Positions 16,335-26,596 of a DNA stretch of 64,000 bases are shown here, piece after piece. Numbering within the stretch: position 1 is the stretch's first letter; each line of letters opens with the position of its first letter. A program made the translations under genes and the position numbers. The DNA is from Candidatus Alistipes merdavium. Lineage in GTDB: Bacteria; Bacteroidota; Bacteroidia; Bacteroidales; Rikenellaceae. The notes under the pieces were generated by a model. The model saw only the letters and a program-made list of their open reading frames with translations. It searched no databases and was not told the DNA's origin. The DNA lies in NCBI GenBank assembly GCA_019119845.1, contig DWWF01000002.1:13374-77373 (forward strand). Reading direction: 5' to 3'.

Positions 16335-18046
16335 AGATGTGCGACCTCCACACGGAGGGGTTTACCGTTGAACCAGTTGACATAGCCCTCGCGGCGCAGG
16401 GCGAAGCCGGCGTCGAAATCCGTGCCGGCGAGCTCGTCGGGGACGCGCAGGGGCACCTCCAGCGTCAGATGGCCGCGGGCCGGAAGGGTGAAGGGCGCCG
16501 CCTGCACGGGGAACTCCTCGACGCGGAAGCGGCCGTGCTTCCACAGCATGACGAGCGAAAGGGGGCGGCCGTCGACCCGGATGTCGTAGTCATAGGGATT
16601 CTCCAGACGCAGCGTGAGCGTCAGCTCCTCGCCCGGCGCAACCCGTGCGGGCAGCCCCTCGCAGGCGATTTCGACGCGGCGCGTCGGGAGGTAGCAGCTG
16701 TCGACAAGCCACGTGAAGCGCCGTCCGTTGGCCAGCGCGACGCTCCGCACGGACAACGTCGTGTCGGAGGCCGGGCGCGCCGCGGTCTCGACGAGCACCT
16801 CGCGTCCGGCGAAGCGGTCATCGTCGTCGCGGAACTGCCACTGGTGCGTGCGGTAGCGGATGTTGGGCTGGCAGTAGGCCTCGCCGCCCGTATAGAAGCG
16901 GTACTTGGCCGCCACGGCATATCCGTGGCGGAAGACGACCGGGCGGCCGTCGGCCACGCGGGCGATCTCGCCGTAGCTTGCGGCGTTGTCGAAGACCTCG
17001 AAGCGGATGTGCAGCGGGTTGAAGATCATCTCCAGCCGCACGAGCGCCACGAGGACGATCGTCACGCCGCCGGCCCGCATCAGGTAGCGGCGCGTGCGGG
17101 GGTGGCGGCGGGCATAGTCAAAGAGCACCCACAGCAGACCGAACGTCGCGACGATGATCCACTGCGGCTGCACGTAGCCGCGCAGCGACGAGAGGAGGAA
17201 GAAGCCGATGAAGGCGGGCGGCAGCAGCTTCAGCGCCCGCTGCAGGGCGTTCCGCGGCCGGGTCTTGCGCCAGGCCTGAACATAGAGCGGCACGAAGAGG
17301 GGGTTGAAGACCACCAGCACGTTGAGCAGGAACTCCACGGGGTAGTTGGGGCGGAAGACCGAGTTGCGCCCCGCGAGGTGGTAGGCGAACGACGCCCAGT
17401 CGTGTTCGTACTGCCAGAGCAGGTGCGGGACGAGGAGCACGAGGGCCACGGCGCCGGAGGCGTAGAGCCCGGGGCGCAGCAGCAGGCGCGGGTTGGCCGC
17501 CAGGCAGAAGATCACCACCAGCGCCCCGTGGTATTTGCTGTAGGCCATCGCGGCCATCGCCACGCCCATCCAGAGCCAGGCCAGGGGCCGCCGCTCGGCG
17601 AAGTTGCGGAACGTCCAAAGGAAGAGTGCCGCAGTCATCATCAGCGGCCCGTCGGGCACGGCGATGAAGCCGTAGAGCTCGAGGATGAGCGTCGCGGCCG
17701 ACAGCACGACGTAGAGCGCCGCATCGCGGCGCGTGGCCTCCGCCGGGCGGACGAGCCGCCAGAAAACATAGAGGTAGAGCGGCTGCAGCAGCGTGAAGAA
17801 GAGGCGCACGCCCAGCTCGCCGCCCGCCACCAAGCCGCCCAGACGCACGAGCAGCGCCGTCATCGGGGGGTGGTCGAAGTATCCCCACGCAAGCCGCTCG
17901 GCGAACATATGGTAGTAGGCCTCGTCGTTGGCCAGCTCTGTCAGACCGGCCTGCAGCAGGTTGCACACCCACCACACGCCCAGCCACACGGCCACCAGCG
18001 CATCGGCTCCGAGCCGTGGAAATCTTTTTCGGACAAAACGCTCCAT
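16331..18046 (-). CDS. GT-C fold glycosyltransferase (GT39/ArnT/PMT-like)
   Basis: DEAYY...WGYFDHPP, PDGPL, SKY motifs, many TM helices and a periplasmic C-terminal domain; start ATG 18046 after the -7 box at 18056-18063. Confidence 0.85.
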   Translation of the reverse strand: MERFVRKRFPRLGADALVAVWLGVWWVCNLLQAGLTELANDEAYYHMFAERLAWGYFDHPPMTALLVRLGGLVAGGELGVRLFFTLLQPLYLYVFWRLVRPAEATRRDAALYVVLSAATLILELYGFIAVPDGPLMMTAALFLWTFRNFAERRPLAWLWMGVAMAAMAYSKYHGALVVIFCLAANPRLLLRPGLYASGAVALVLLVPHLLWQYEHDWASFAYHLAGRNSVFRPNYPVEFLLNVLVVFNPLFVPLYVQAWRKTRPRNALQRALKLLPPAFIGFFLLSSLRGYVQPQWIIVATFGLLWVLFDYARRHPRTRRYLMRAGGVTIVLVALVRLEMIFNPLHIRFEVFDNAASYGEIARVADGRPVVFRHGYAVAAKYRFYTGGEAYCQPNIRYRTHQWQFRDDDDRFAGREVLVETAARPASDTTLSVRSVALANGRRFTWLVDSCYLPTRRVEIACEGLPARVAPGEELTLTLRLENPYDYDIRVDGRPLSLVMLWKHGRFRVEEFPVQAAPFTLPARGHLTLEVPLRVPDELAGTDFDAGFALRREGYVNWFNGKPLRVEVAHL

Positions 18047-18190
18047 AGCTGCGGCCAAAGATACGAAAATTTATCACAATTCGCGCGCGCGGCGCCCGCT
18101 AATCCGCGCGGCAGGGCGCTGTTTACAATTTGTTCATTAAAAAAACGCGCCGCGGCTTGCCGATCCGCAAACTCTCCCTATCTTTGTCAC

Positions 18191-18360
18191 GGCAAGGTTC
18201 CCCGCCGGCGGCTGCCGGCACGGGATCAAAAGGGAACGCCTGTGCGAATCAGGGACTATTCCCGTAGCTGTGAGCTCCATGCGGGCTGCGCAATCTCAAC
18301 ATGCCACTGTCCCCCGGGACGGGAAGGCGCGCAGCGGGAGCGAGTCAGAAGACCTGCCTT
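18191..18360 (+). ncRNA. Cobalamin riboswitch upstream of nrdDG
   Basis: Same conserved blocks as 10110-10282 (AAAAGGGAA, CCCGtagCTGTGA, GCCACTG, GGGAAGGC, AGTCAGAAGACCTGCC); TATCTTTG at 18179-18186. Confidence 0.93.
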
Positions 18361-18529
18361 GCCGCGAAAGGGGCCCGCCTTCGGGATGTAGGGCGACTCC
18401 GGAACTTTTTGACTGGCAACACATATTTTCACGTCAGAGGCATTCCCTCTCTGTCCGCTGCCGGATGGAGAGGCGAAGACGGGGAACGCCCGCACCGAAG
18501 ACACAGAACAAAAAAACACTGGGATAACC

Positions 18530-20647
18530 ATGGGTATTTCGGAACTTTACATCGTCAAGCGCGACGGCAAACGCGAGGCGTTCTCCGTCGAGAAGATCAA
18601 GCGGGCCGTGAGCAAGGCCTTCCTTTCGGTCGGCGGCTACGCCACGGACGACGACCTCACGGCCGTGCTGAGCCGCGTGCACATCGCCGACGGCATGTCC
18701 GTCGAGGAGATTCAGAACCAGGTGGAGGTGGCCCTCATGGCCGAGCGCTATTTCGCCGTGGCCAAAAGCTACATGCTCTACCGCCAGCGCCACACCGAGG
18801 AGCGCGAGGAGCGCGAGAAGCTGCGCTTCCTGACCGATTACTGCGACGCCTCGAACCCCGCGACGGGCTCGAAGTACGACGCCAACGCCAACGTCGAGAA
18901 CAAGAACATCGCCACGCTCATCGGCGAGCTGCCCAAGCAGAACTTCATCCGCCTGAACCGCCGCCTGCTGACCGACCGCCTGAAGGAGATGTACGGCAAG
19001 GAGCTCGCGGACCGCTACCTCTACCTGCTGCGCAACCACTTCATCTACAAGAACGACGAAACCTCGATGGCCAACTACTGCGCTTCGATCACGATGTACC
19101 CGTGGCTGCTCGGCGGCACGCTCTCGATCGGCGGCAACTCGACGCGCCCGACCAACCTCAAGTCGTTCTGCGGCGGCTTCGTCAACATGGTCTTCATCGT
19201 CTCGTCGATGCTCTCGGGCGCGTGCGCCACGCCCGAGTTCCTCATGTACATGAACTACTTCATCGAGCAGGAGTACGGCGAGGACTACTACCTGCACGCC
19301 GACCGCGTCGTCGACCTCTCGTCCAAACGCCGCACGATCGACAAGGTCATCACCGACTGCTTCGAGCAGATCGTCTACTCGATCAACCAGCCCACCGGCG
19401 CGCGCAACTTCCAGGCCGTCTTCTGGAACGTCGCCTACTACGACCGCTACTACTTCGAGAGCCTCTTCGGGGAGTTCTTCTTCCCGGACGGCTCGCGCCC
19501 CCACTGGGAGTCGCTCTCGTGGCTCCAGAAGCGCTTCATGCGGTGGTTCAACCGTGAACGCACGCGCACGGTGCTGACCTTCCCCGTCGAGACGATGGCG
19601 CTGCTCACGCGCGACGGCGACGTGATGGACCGCGAGTGGGGCGACTTCACGGCCGAGATGTATGCCGAGGGGCACTCGTTCTTCACCTACATCAGCGACA
19701 ACGCCGACTCGCTCTCGTCGTGCTGCCGCCTGCGCAACGAGATCCAGGACAACGGATTCAGCTACACGCTCGGCGCCGGCGGCGTCTCGACCGGCTCGAA
19801 GAGCGTGCTGACGATCAACCTCAACCGCTGCGTGCAGTACGCCGTGAAGAACGGCATGCACTACCTCACCTTCCTGGGCGAGATCACCGACCTGGTGCAC
19901 AAGGTGCAGCTGGCCTACAACGAAAACCTCAAGGAGTTGCAGCGCAAGGGCATGCTGCCGCTCTTCGACGCCGGGTACATCAACCTCGCGCGGCAGTACC
20001 TGACCATCGGCGTCAACGGACTGGTCGAGGCGGCCGAGTTCCTCGGGCTGAAGATCGACGACAACGACGACTACGCCCGCTTCGTGCAGGAGGTGCTGGG
20101 GCTCATCGAGCAGTACAACCGCCGCTACCGCACGCGCGAGGTGATGTTCAACTGCGAGATGATCCCCGCGGAGAACGTCGGCGTGAAGCACGCCAAGTGG
20201 GACCGCGAGGACGGCTATGCCGTGCCGCGCGACTGCTACAACTCCTATTTCTACGTCGTCGAGGACCCGTCACTGAACGTCATCGACAAGTTCCGCCTGC
20301 ACGGCCGCCGCTACATCGAGCACCTGACCGGCGGCTCGGCCCTGCACATGAACCTCGAGGAGCACCTCTCGAAGGAGCAGTACCGGCAGCTGCTGCGCGT
20401 GGCGGCAGCCGAAGGATGCAGCTACTTCACGTTCAACATTCCGAACACGGTCTGCAACGCGTGCGGACACATCGACAAGCGCTACCTGAAGGAGTGTCCC
20501 GCATGCCACTCGGCCAACGTCGACTACCTCACGCGCGTGATCGGCTACATGAAGCGCGTGTCGAATTTCTCGGCGGCGCGCCAGCAGGAGGCCGCCCGCC
20601 GCTACTACGGACACATGACCCCCGCAGAGGATGGTGCGCTATCATAA
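18530..20647 (+). CDS. nrdD: Anaerobic (class III) ribonucleoside-triphosphate reductase
   Basis: N-terminal ATP cone (IVKRDG), SSCCRL finger loop, CxxC...CxxC, TRVIGY glycyl-radical motif. Confidence 0.95.
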   Translation: MGISELYIVKRDGKREAFSVEKIKRAVSKAFLSVGGYATDDDLTAVLSRVHIADGMSVEEIQNQVEVALMAERYFAVAKSYMLYRQRHTEEREEREKLRFLTDYCDASNPATGSKYDANANVENKNIATLIGELPKQNFIRLNRRLLTDRLKEMYGKELADRYLYLLRNHFIYKNDETSMANYCASITMYPWLLGGTLSIGGNSTRPTNLKSFCGGFVNMVFIVSSMLSGACATPEFLMYMNYFIEQEYGEDYYLHADRVVDLSSKRRTIDKVITDCFEQIVYSINQPTGARNFQAVFWNVAYYDRYYFESLFGEFFFPDGSRPHWESLSWLQKRFMRWFNRERTRTVLTFPVETMALLTRDGDVMDREWGDFTAEMYAEGHSFFTYISDNADSLSSCCRLRNEIQDNGFSYTLGAGGVSTGSKSVLTINLNRCVQYAVKNGMHYLTFLGEITDLVHKVQLAYNENLKELQRKGMLPLFDAGYINLARQYLTIGVNGLVEAAEFLGLKIDDNDDYARFVQEVLGLIEQYNRRYRTREVMFNCEMIPAENVGVKHAKWDREDGYAVPRDCYNSYFYVVEDPSLNVIDKFRLHGRRYIEHLTGGSALHMNLEEHLSKEQYRQLLRVAAAEGCSYFTFNIPNTVCNACGHIDKRYLKECPACHSANVDYLTRVIGYMKRVSNFSAARQQEAARRYYGHMTPAEDGALS

Positions 20648-21101
20648 CTTCGACGTGGTCTTCGCGGAGATTCCCGACGAGACGACCCTGGCGATCAACA
20701 TCACGGGCTGCCCGAACCGTTGCCCGGGGTGCCACAGCCCCCATCTGCAGCGCGACGCGGGGCGGCCGCTCGACGACGCGGAGCTGCGCGCCCTGCTCGG
20801 CCGCTACGGAGAGTCCGTAACGTGCGTCTGCTTCATGGGCGGGGATGCCTCGCCGCACGAGATCGCCCGCCTGGCGCGTCTCGTGCGGCAGGAGCGGACG
20901 GCGTTGCGCACGGCGTGGTACTCGGGGCGGGCCGACCTGCCCGAAGGGCTCGACGTCGCGGCCTTCGACTACGTGAAGCTCGGGCCGTGGGTCGAACGGC
21001 TCGGGCCGCTGACCGCCCCGACGACCAACCAGCGCCTCTACCGGCTGTCGGACGACGGGACGCTGCACGACATCACGGAGCGCTTCCGGCGCCGTACATA
21101 G
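20631..21101 (+). CDS. nrdG: Class III RNR activating protein (radical SAM)
   Basis: CPNRCPGC motif; directly follows nrdD. Confidence 0.92.
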   Translation: MVRYHNFDVVFAEIPDETTLAINITGCPNRCPGCHSPHLQRDAGRPLDDAELRALLGRYGESVTCVCFMGGDASPHEIARLARLVRQERTALRTAWYSGRADLPEGLDVAAFDYVKLGPWVERLGPLTAPTTNQRLYRLSDDGTLHDITERFRRRT

Positions 21102-21157
21102 ATTTTTTCGGCGGCGTCGTGTGCGCTTCGCCGGAAAAATCCTATTTTTGTGCCGTC

Positions 21158-21925
21158 ATGAAGACCAGACACGAGTTGATCGAAACGCTTGATTTCATTG
21201 CCGAGTACGCGACCTACCTGCTCGGGTCGGGCGTGCACACCTCGCGCGTGATCCGCAACTCGCAGCGCATCGGCGCCTCGCAGGGGGTCGATGTCCAGCT
21301 CTCGAGCTTCCAGCGCAGCACGATCCTCACCGTGCGCGACGAGGCGAGCGGCGAGGCCGTCACCCGCGTGGTGCGGATCCCGGCGCTGCCCGTCAGCTTC
21401 GAGCGCAACTCCGACCTGAGCGCCCTGAGCTGGGACGCCCTCGACGAGGGGCTGCCCCTCGCGGAGGTGCGCCGCCGCTTCGGGGAGCTGATCGACAAGC
21501 CGCGCATCGACCCGATCTTCGTGCTGCTGACCGTGGGGCTGGCCAACGCCTCGTTCTGCCGCCTGTTCGGCGGCGACTGGACAGCCATCGGCATCGTCTT
21601 CACCGCAACGCTCGTCGGCTACGCCGTCAAGCAGCGCATGCAGGCGCACGGCGTCAACCACTTCCTGATCTTCATCGGCGCGGCCTTCACGGCCTCGCTC
21701 TGCGCCTCGGCGGCGCTGCGCTTCGACTGCACGGCCGAGATCGCCCTGGCCACGAGCCCGCTCTTTCTGGTACCGGGCGTACCGCTCATCAACGGCGTCA
21801 TCGACATCGTCGAGGGACACATCCTGATCGGGTTCAGCCGCCTGATCAACGCCCTGCTGCTCATCATCTGCATCGCCGTGGGGCTGGCGGCCACCCTGCT
21901 GATGGTAAAGGACAGCCTGCTATGA
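21158..21925 (+). CDS. Threonine/serine exporter family protein (ThrE/YjjP-like)
   Basis: G..T.RV...R motif, LVPGVPLING; ATG at 21158 after a TATTTTTG box. Confidence 0.85.
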   Translation: MKTRHELIETLDFIAEYATYLLGSGVHTSRVIRNSQRIGASQGVDVQLSSFQRSTILTVRDEASGEAVTRVVRIPALPVSFERNSDLSALSWDALDEGLPLAEVRRRFGELIDKPRIDPIFVLLTVGLANASFCRLFGGDWTAIGIVFTATLVGYAVKQRMQAHGVNHFLIFIGAAFTASLCASAALRFDCTAEIALATSPLFLVPGVPLINGVIDIVEGHILIGFSRLINALLLIICIAVGLAATLLMVKDSLL

Positions 21926-22428
21926 TCGCTTTGGACATCCTGCTCGACGGACTCTTCGCCGCCGTGGCCGCCGTCGGCTTCGGCGCCATCTCCGATCCGC
22001 CGATGCGGGCCTTCCCCCGCATCGCGCTGCTCGCCGCCGCGGGGCACGCCCTGCGCTTCTCGCTGATGAACTACGCCGGCGTGGACATCGCCACGGCGTC
22101 GCTCGCCGCCGCCGTCACGATCGGCATGGGAAGCCTCTGGCTCGGACGCGGCATCCGTTGCCCGATGACGGTGCTCTACATCCCGGCGCTGCTGCCGATG
22201 GTGCCGGGCATCTACGCCTACAAGACGGTCTTCTCGCTCATTATGTTCCTGCAGTCGCTCAACGACCCCGGACAGGGGCTCCAGTACATGCAGCAGTTCT
22301 TCCTCAACGCCACCGTCTCGCTGAGCGTCATCGCCCTGCTGGCCGCGGGGGCCACGCTGCCGATCTTCATCTTCAACCGCCGGGCCTTCTCGCTTACGCG
22401 ACGCCGCCGCCCCGGCCCCGACCGCTGA
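21922..22428 (+). CDS. Threonine/serine exporter small subunit (YjjB-like)
   Basis: IPALLPMVPG motif; overlaps the partner gene by 4 nt. Confidence 0.85.
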   Translation: MIALDILLDGLFAAVAAVGFGAISDPPMRAFPRIALLAAAGHALRFSLMNYAGVDIATASLAAAVTIGMGSLWLGRGIRCPMTVLYIPALLPMVPGIYAYKTVFSLIMFLQSLNDPGQGLQYMQQFFLNATVSLSVIALLAAGATLPIFIFNRRAFSLTRRRRPGPDR

Positions 22429-22435
22429 CACCGCC

Positions 22436-23170
22436 ATGGAGACCTTCTGGAATACGATAGCAGCCTACAACGAGGGGACCTGGCCCGTGCAGATCGTCTG
22501 GACGCTGGCCGGCGCCCTGCTCGTCGTCCTGCTGCGGCTACGCCCCTCGCGCGGCGTGCGCATCGCCATGAAGCTCTACATGGCGGGGCTCAACTTCTGG
22601 ATCGCGGGCGTCTACTACCTCGTCTACTGCGGACAGCGGCAGCACAACGACATGCTGGCGCTCTTCTGGGCCATCATGGGCGGCATCTGGATCTACGACC
22701 TCGCCGCACGCAACGCCTCGCTCGCCCGCACGGGGCACCATCCGCACTTCGCCCTGCCGCTCATGCTCATGCCACTCGTCTACCCGGCGGTCTCGCTGCT
22801 GCTCGGCCGCTCGTTCCCGATGATGACCTCGCCGGTGATGCCCTGCTCGGTGGCGGTCTTCACCGTGGGGCTGATGCTCGCCTTCTCGGAGCGGGTCAAC
22901 ATCGTGCTGGCGATGTTCCTCTGCCACTGGGCCCTGATCGGGCTGTCGAAGGTCTACTACTTCGGTATTCCGGAGGACTACCTGCTGGCCGGCAGCGTCG
23001 TGCCGGCCCTGTTCGTCTTCTTCCGCGAGTACGTCGCCGAACGGAGCGGCCGGCCGGGTAAACCCTCGCCGCGCGTGCTGAATGCGCTGCTGGCCCTGCT
23101 CGGCACGATCATCGCCCTATGCATCGTCGCCACGCTGCTCCACCAGTTCGACCTCTTCACGGAGCTCTGA
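22436..23170 (+). CDS. Membrane protein (DUF6064-like)
   Basis: FW..IAAYN..TWP.Q start, multiple TM helices, MPCS motif. Confidence 0.65.
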   Translation: METFWNTIAAYNEGTWPVQIVWTLAGALLVVLLRLRPSRGVRIAMKLYMAGLNFWIAGVYYLVYCGQRQHNDMLALFWAIMGGIWIYDLAARNASLARTGHHPHFALPLMLMPLVYPAVSLLLGRSFPMMTSPVMPCSVAVFTVGLMLAFSERVNIVLAMFLCHWALIGLSKVYYFGIPEDYLLAGSVVPALFVFFREYVAERSGRPGKPSPRVLNALLALLGTIIALCIVATLLHQFDLFTEL

Positions 23171-23218
23171 CCGCGGCAGCCGACCACCCGATTTCACCAA
23201 CACCCAATCCCTCACTCC

Positions 23219-24925
23219 ATGAAACGACTCATCTGCGGAGCCCTGCTGCTCCTCGCCGCCACGCTTTGCGGCTGCTCGGACCACCCCCGCACGACGGCGC
23301 TTCTCGCGCAGGCGGAGGCGCTTCTCGCCGAACGGCCCGACAGCGCGCTGCAGCTGCTGCGGCAGCTCCCGGCGGAGCGGCTCGGCAGCCGGGCCCTCAA
23401 GGCCCGGCACGCCCTGCTCACGGCGGAGGCCTGCGCGCGTGCAGGCAGCGATGCGGAGACCGACTCGCTGCTCGACGCCGCCTGGGACTACTACCGCAAC
23501 CGCCCCGACGAGGTACGCAACCGCTGCCGGACCCGCTACTACCAGGGGCGCAGCCGCCTGCGCCGGGGCGACAAGCCGGGGGCCCTGCGGCTCTTTCTCG
23601 AGGTCGAGGAGGAGCTGCTCCGGGTCGACGAGCCCTACTACCGGGGGTTGCTCTGCCTGCGGATCGGCGAAGTGCACTACGCCGAACTCGACTTCGCCGG
23701 AGCCTACCGCCGCTTCCGCGAGGCGCGCAACCTCTTCATGCGCTCGGAACGGCCGCGGCAGACGGTCGAGGCGCTGCTCGGCATGACCTCGTCGGCCCTG
23801 CGGATGCGCGATCCCGAGCGGGCGCGCCGCGACTGCACGCTGGCGCTTGACCTGGCCGACGAACTGCAGGACGAGGCGCTCGCCGGACGCTGTCTGGCCT
23901 GCTTCGCCACCCTCTATACCGTATCGGACCGGGAGCGGATTCCGGATGAGCTGCTGCAGCGCATCGACCGCTCGGTACGCGGCGACACGACCGCCACGGG
24001 GCTCCGCACGCTCGCGCAGGTGCAGCTGCTCCGGCAGCGGCCCGACAGCGCCCGCCGCACGCTGGCACTGGCCATCGGGCGCACGACCCGCAGCGAGGAG
24101 CGGCCCATCGAGCTCTACACGGCCTACCGCATAGAGACGCAGGCCGGATGCTACCGCGAGGCGGCCCGGATGATTCACCGCTTCATCTTCCTGAACGACT
24201 CGCTGACGCGGGCGACGCTGCAAACCTCCGCCGGGATGATCGAGAAGGAGTATTTCCGCGAACGGACGGCCTTTGCCGACTACCGGATGCGGAGCCGCCG
24301 CATCGGTGAAACGGCCACCGCCGTGATCCTCCTGCTCGTTGTCGCCGCCGGAGTGCTGCTCGTCCGCCAGCGGATGCGGCTCCAGCGCGAACGCTACGAA
24401 CGCGAGCTGCTGCTGGCCGGGGAGGTGCGCGAGAAGTACCGCGAGCTGGTCCGCCAGACGGAACAGACGCTCCACGCCGAAAACCGGATGAAGGGGATTC
24501 TCGCCACCCGCTTCGACATCGTGGACCGGCTCGGCAAGACCCTCTACGAACGCGAGAACACCGCCTCGGGACAGGCCGCCATGACGCGGCAGGTGAAGCG
24601 GCTCATCGACGGATTCGCCGCCGACGGCGAGATGCTGCCCGAGCTCGAACGCATCGTCGACATCGTCCACGACAACGCCATGCGGAAACTGCGGCGCGAC
24701 TTCCCGGGCATGAAGCAGGCCGACATCCGGCTGCTGTGCTACATTTTCGGCGGATTCTCGCCGCAGGTCATCAGCCTCTTCATGCACGACAGCGTCGCCA
24801 ACATCTACGCCCGCAAGTCGCGGCTCAAGACACGCATCCGCAACTCCGAATCGCCCGAGCGGGAGCTTTTCATCGCACTGCTCGAGCAGAAGTCAGACCC
24901 CTGTCAGAAATCGGACGCGGAGTAA
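23219..24925 (+). CDS. Membrane-spanning TPR sensor/regulator with C-terminal HTH-like domain
   Basis: Lipobox LCGC, PDSAL..L TPR region, one TM helix near residue 370, C-terminal LRRDFP.MK..DIRLLCY...FS...IS......NIYARKSRLK.RI. Confidence 0.75.
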   Translation: MKRLICGALLLLAATLCGCSDHPRTTALLAQAEALLAERPDSALQLLRQLPAERLGSRALKARHALLTAEACARAGSDAETDSLLDAAWDYYRNRPDEVRNRCRTRYYQGRSRLRRGDKPGALRLFLEVEEELLRVDEPYYRGLLCLRIGEVHYAELDFAGAYRRFREARNLFMRSERPRQTVEALLGMTSSALRMRDPERARRDCTLALDLADELQDEALAGRCLACFATLYTVSDRERIPDELLQRIDRSVRGDTTATGLRTLAQVQLLRQRPDSARRTLALAIGRTTRSEERPIELYTAYRIETQAGCYREAARMIHRFIFLNDSLTRATLQTSAGMIEKEYFRERTAFADYRMRSRRIGETATAVILLLVVAAGVLLVRQRMRLQRERYERELLLAGEVREKYRELVRQTEQTLHAENRMKGILATRFDIVDRLGKTLYERENTASGQAAMTRQVKRLIDGFAADGEMLPELERIVDIVHDNAMRKLRRDFPGMKQADIRLLCYIFGGFSPQVISLFMHDSVANIYARKSRLKTRIRNSESPERELFIALLEQKSDPCQKSDAE

Positions 24926-25101
24926 TTTGCAACATACTGATTTTCAGACCACATTTTTGACAAGTGTTAGATCCGGGGCCGCAAAAGAGAACCCCGGAAC
25001 GGCCCGGCCGATCTAACTTTGCAACCGGAAAACCCCTCCGAGCGACACCCGGCCGGGGCTCGCGGGGAGGACCGTATCACACAAAAAAACGATCTGAAAT
25101 C

Positions 25102-26361
25102 ATGCAAACGAAAAGTCTTCTTACCCTGCTGTTCGTAGGGACCTTCGCCCTCACAGCCTGCAACAAGAAGGAGGATTCCCATCCCGCACCGAAAGCGGCT
25201 GTCGTGCAGGTCACGGTAGTCGATGCGAAGGGCGCACCGGCTGCCGGCGTACCCGTCAAGCTCTACGATGAATCCTCCTACGCGAAATTCCAGAAAGACA
25301 ACCTCACGGCGCCGCAGCGCACCGAACTCACCGACAAGAAGGGACAGGTCGTCTTCCGCCTTCCCGACGCCAAGTGGTTCAAACAGGGCTCGCGTCAGCT
25401 GACCTTCGTCGTTCAGAAGGGCAGCGGCAAGGAGAACTTCCATATCTGGAGCGCTTCGCGGACGGTTGCGGCATCGCAGCGTCTGCGGGTCGAAATCAAG
25501 CTCGAGAACGGTCCGGGAATGTCCGATGACCCGGCCAAGCCCGAGGATCCGGCCAAACCCGAGGACCCCGCCAAACCGGACCCCGGAAAGCCCGGCAAAC
25601 CCGGTGATCCGGGCAAGCCCGGAAATCCCGGTAACCCCGGAAAACCCGGAAGACCCGGAAGACCCGGCAATCCGGGACTTCCCGGCAGACCCGGACTCCC
25701 CGGAGCGCCCGGCAAACCCGGAGTGACGGGACCCGGATTGTCGGAGGTCGCCTCGCTCGATCTCTACGACGAGCTGAACGGCCAGACGCTCTTCGGCGGA
25801 GCGGTCTACCTCAACGCAGCACACGAGCTGGTCGGCGGCAACCGCTACTCATTCATCGCTTCGGGTCCCGTGACAGGGCCCGAAGCGATGGGCTTGCCGG
25901 CCATCGACCGGATAGCGTCGCGCACGGCGGTGGAGCCCGGACACGGCTACCTCATTTGCAAGGATATTTCGCTGGCACAGTTTCCCTCGGGAAGCTGGGC
26001 GCTGGCCAGCTCCGCGGAGTATGTCAAGGCCTATGTTCCGGAGTGGATTCACCGCGACGGCGCGGTGGTCGGCGCCCGGTTGCAGTTCACGACGCACCGT
26101 GTCGAGGCCGACGACCTGCCGCAGTGGAACCGGACCTACGACGTGGCCCTCGCGGGCGAGCGGAGCGTGACCGTGCCGCTGAAGGGTTCGGGCGACCATG
26201 AGTTCATGGCGCTGCGGGGTGACCGGCTGCAGTTCGTATCCGGCGCCGACGAGGTGACCGTGCGCATACTCGACCCCGCCGCCGCGGCCGGCAAGCAGTA
26301 TGCGGCCTGCATCCGCGCGGGGAGTGTCTATACCGAAATCCGGCTGCGCCTGACGCTATGA
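25102..26361 (+). CDS. Lipoprotein with central collagen-like Gly-X-Pro repeat
   Basis: Lipobox LTAC; beta-rich N-domain, (DPAKPE)n then 15 consecutive G-X-P triplets, globular C-domain; TAACTTTG box at 25014-25021. Confidence 0.85.
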   Translation: MQTKSLLTLLFVGTFALTACNKKEDSHPAPKAAVVQVTVVDAKGAPAAGVPVKLYDESSYAKFQKDNLTAPQRTELTDKKGQVVFRLPDAKWFKQGSRQLTFVVQKGSGKENFHIWSASRTVAASQRLRVEIKLENGPGMSDDPAKPEDPAKPEDPAKPDPGKPGKPGDPGKPGNPGNPGKPGRPGRPGNPGLPGRPGLPGAPGKPGVTGPGLSEVASLDLYDELNGQTLFGGAVYLNAAHELVGGNRYSFIASGPVTGPEAMGLPAIDRIASRTAVEPGHGYLICKDISLAQFPSGSWALASSAEYVKAYVPEWIHRDGAVVGARLQFTTHRVEADDLPQWNRTYDVALAGERSVTVPLKGSGDHEFMALRGDRLQFVSGADEVTVRILDPAAAAGKQYAACIRAGSVYTEIRLRLTL

Positions 26362-26596
26362 TCCGCCGCAAGGAAGAGTACGCCGCTCCGTCGGCCGTCC
26401 GAAACGAAGCCGACGAAGAGCACCATGCTGTTGTCCGTATTGCTGCTTGTATTGCTGCGCCTCGCACGCGCCGCACGCCGAAGGGTCGCCGCCGAAGGAG
26501 CCGCATCGACCCCGACGCACACAAACGACGCCCCGGCGGACGGGCATCCGTGCGCCGCCGCACACCGAAAGGCAGCCCCCGCCGCACGCCGTCGGT

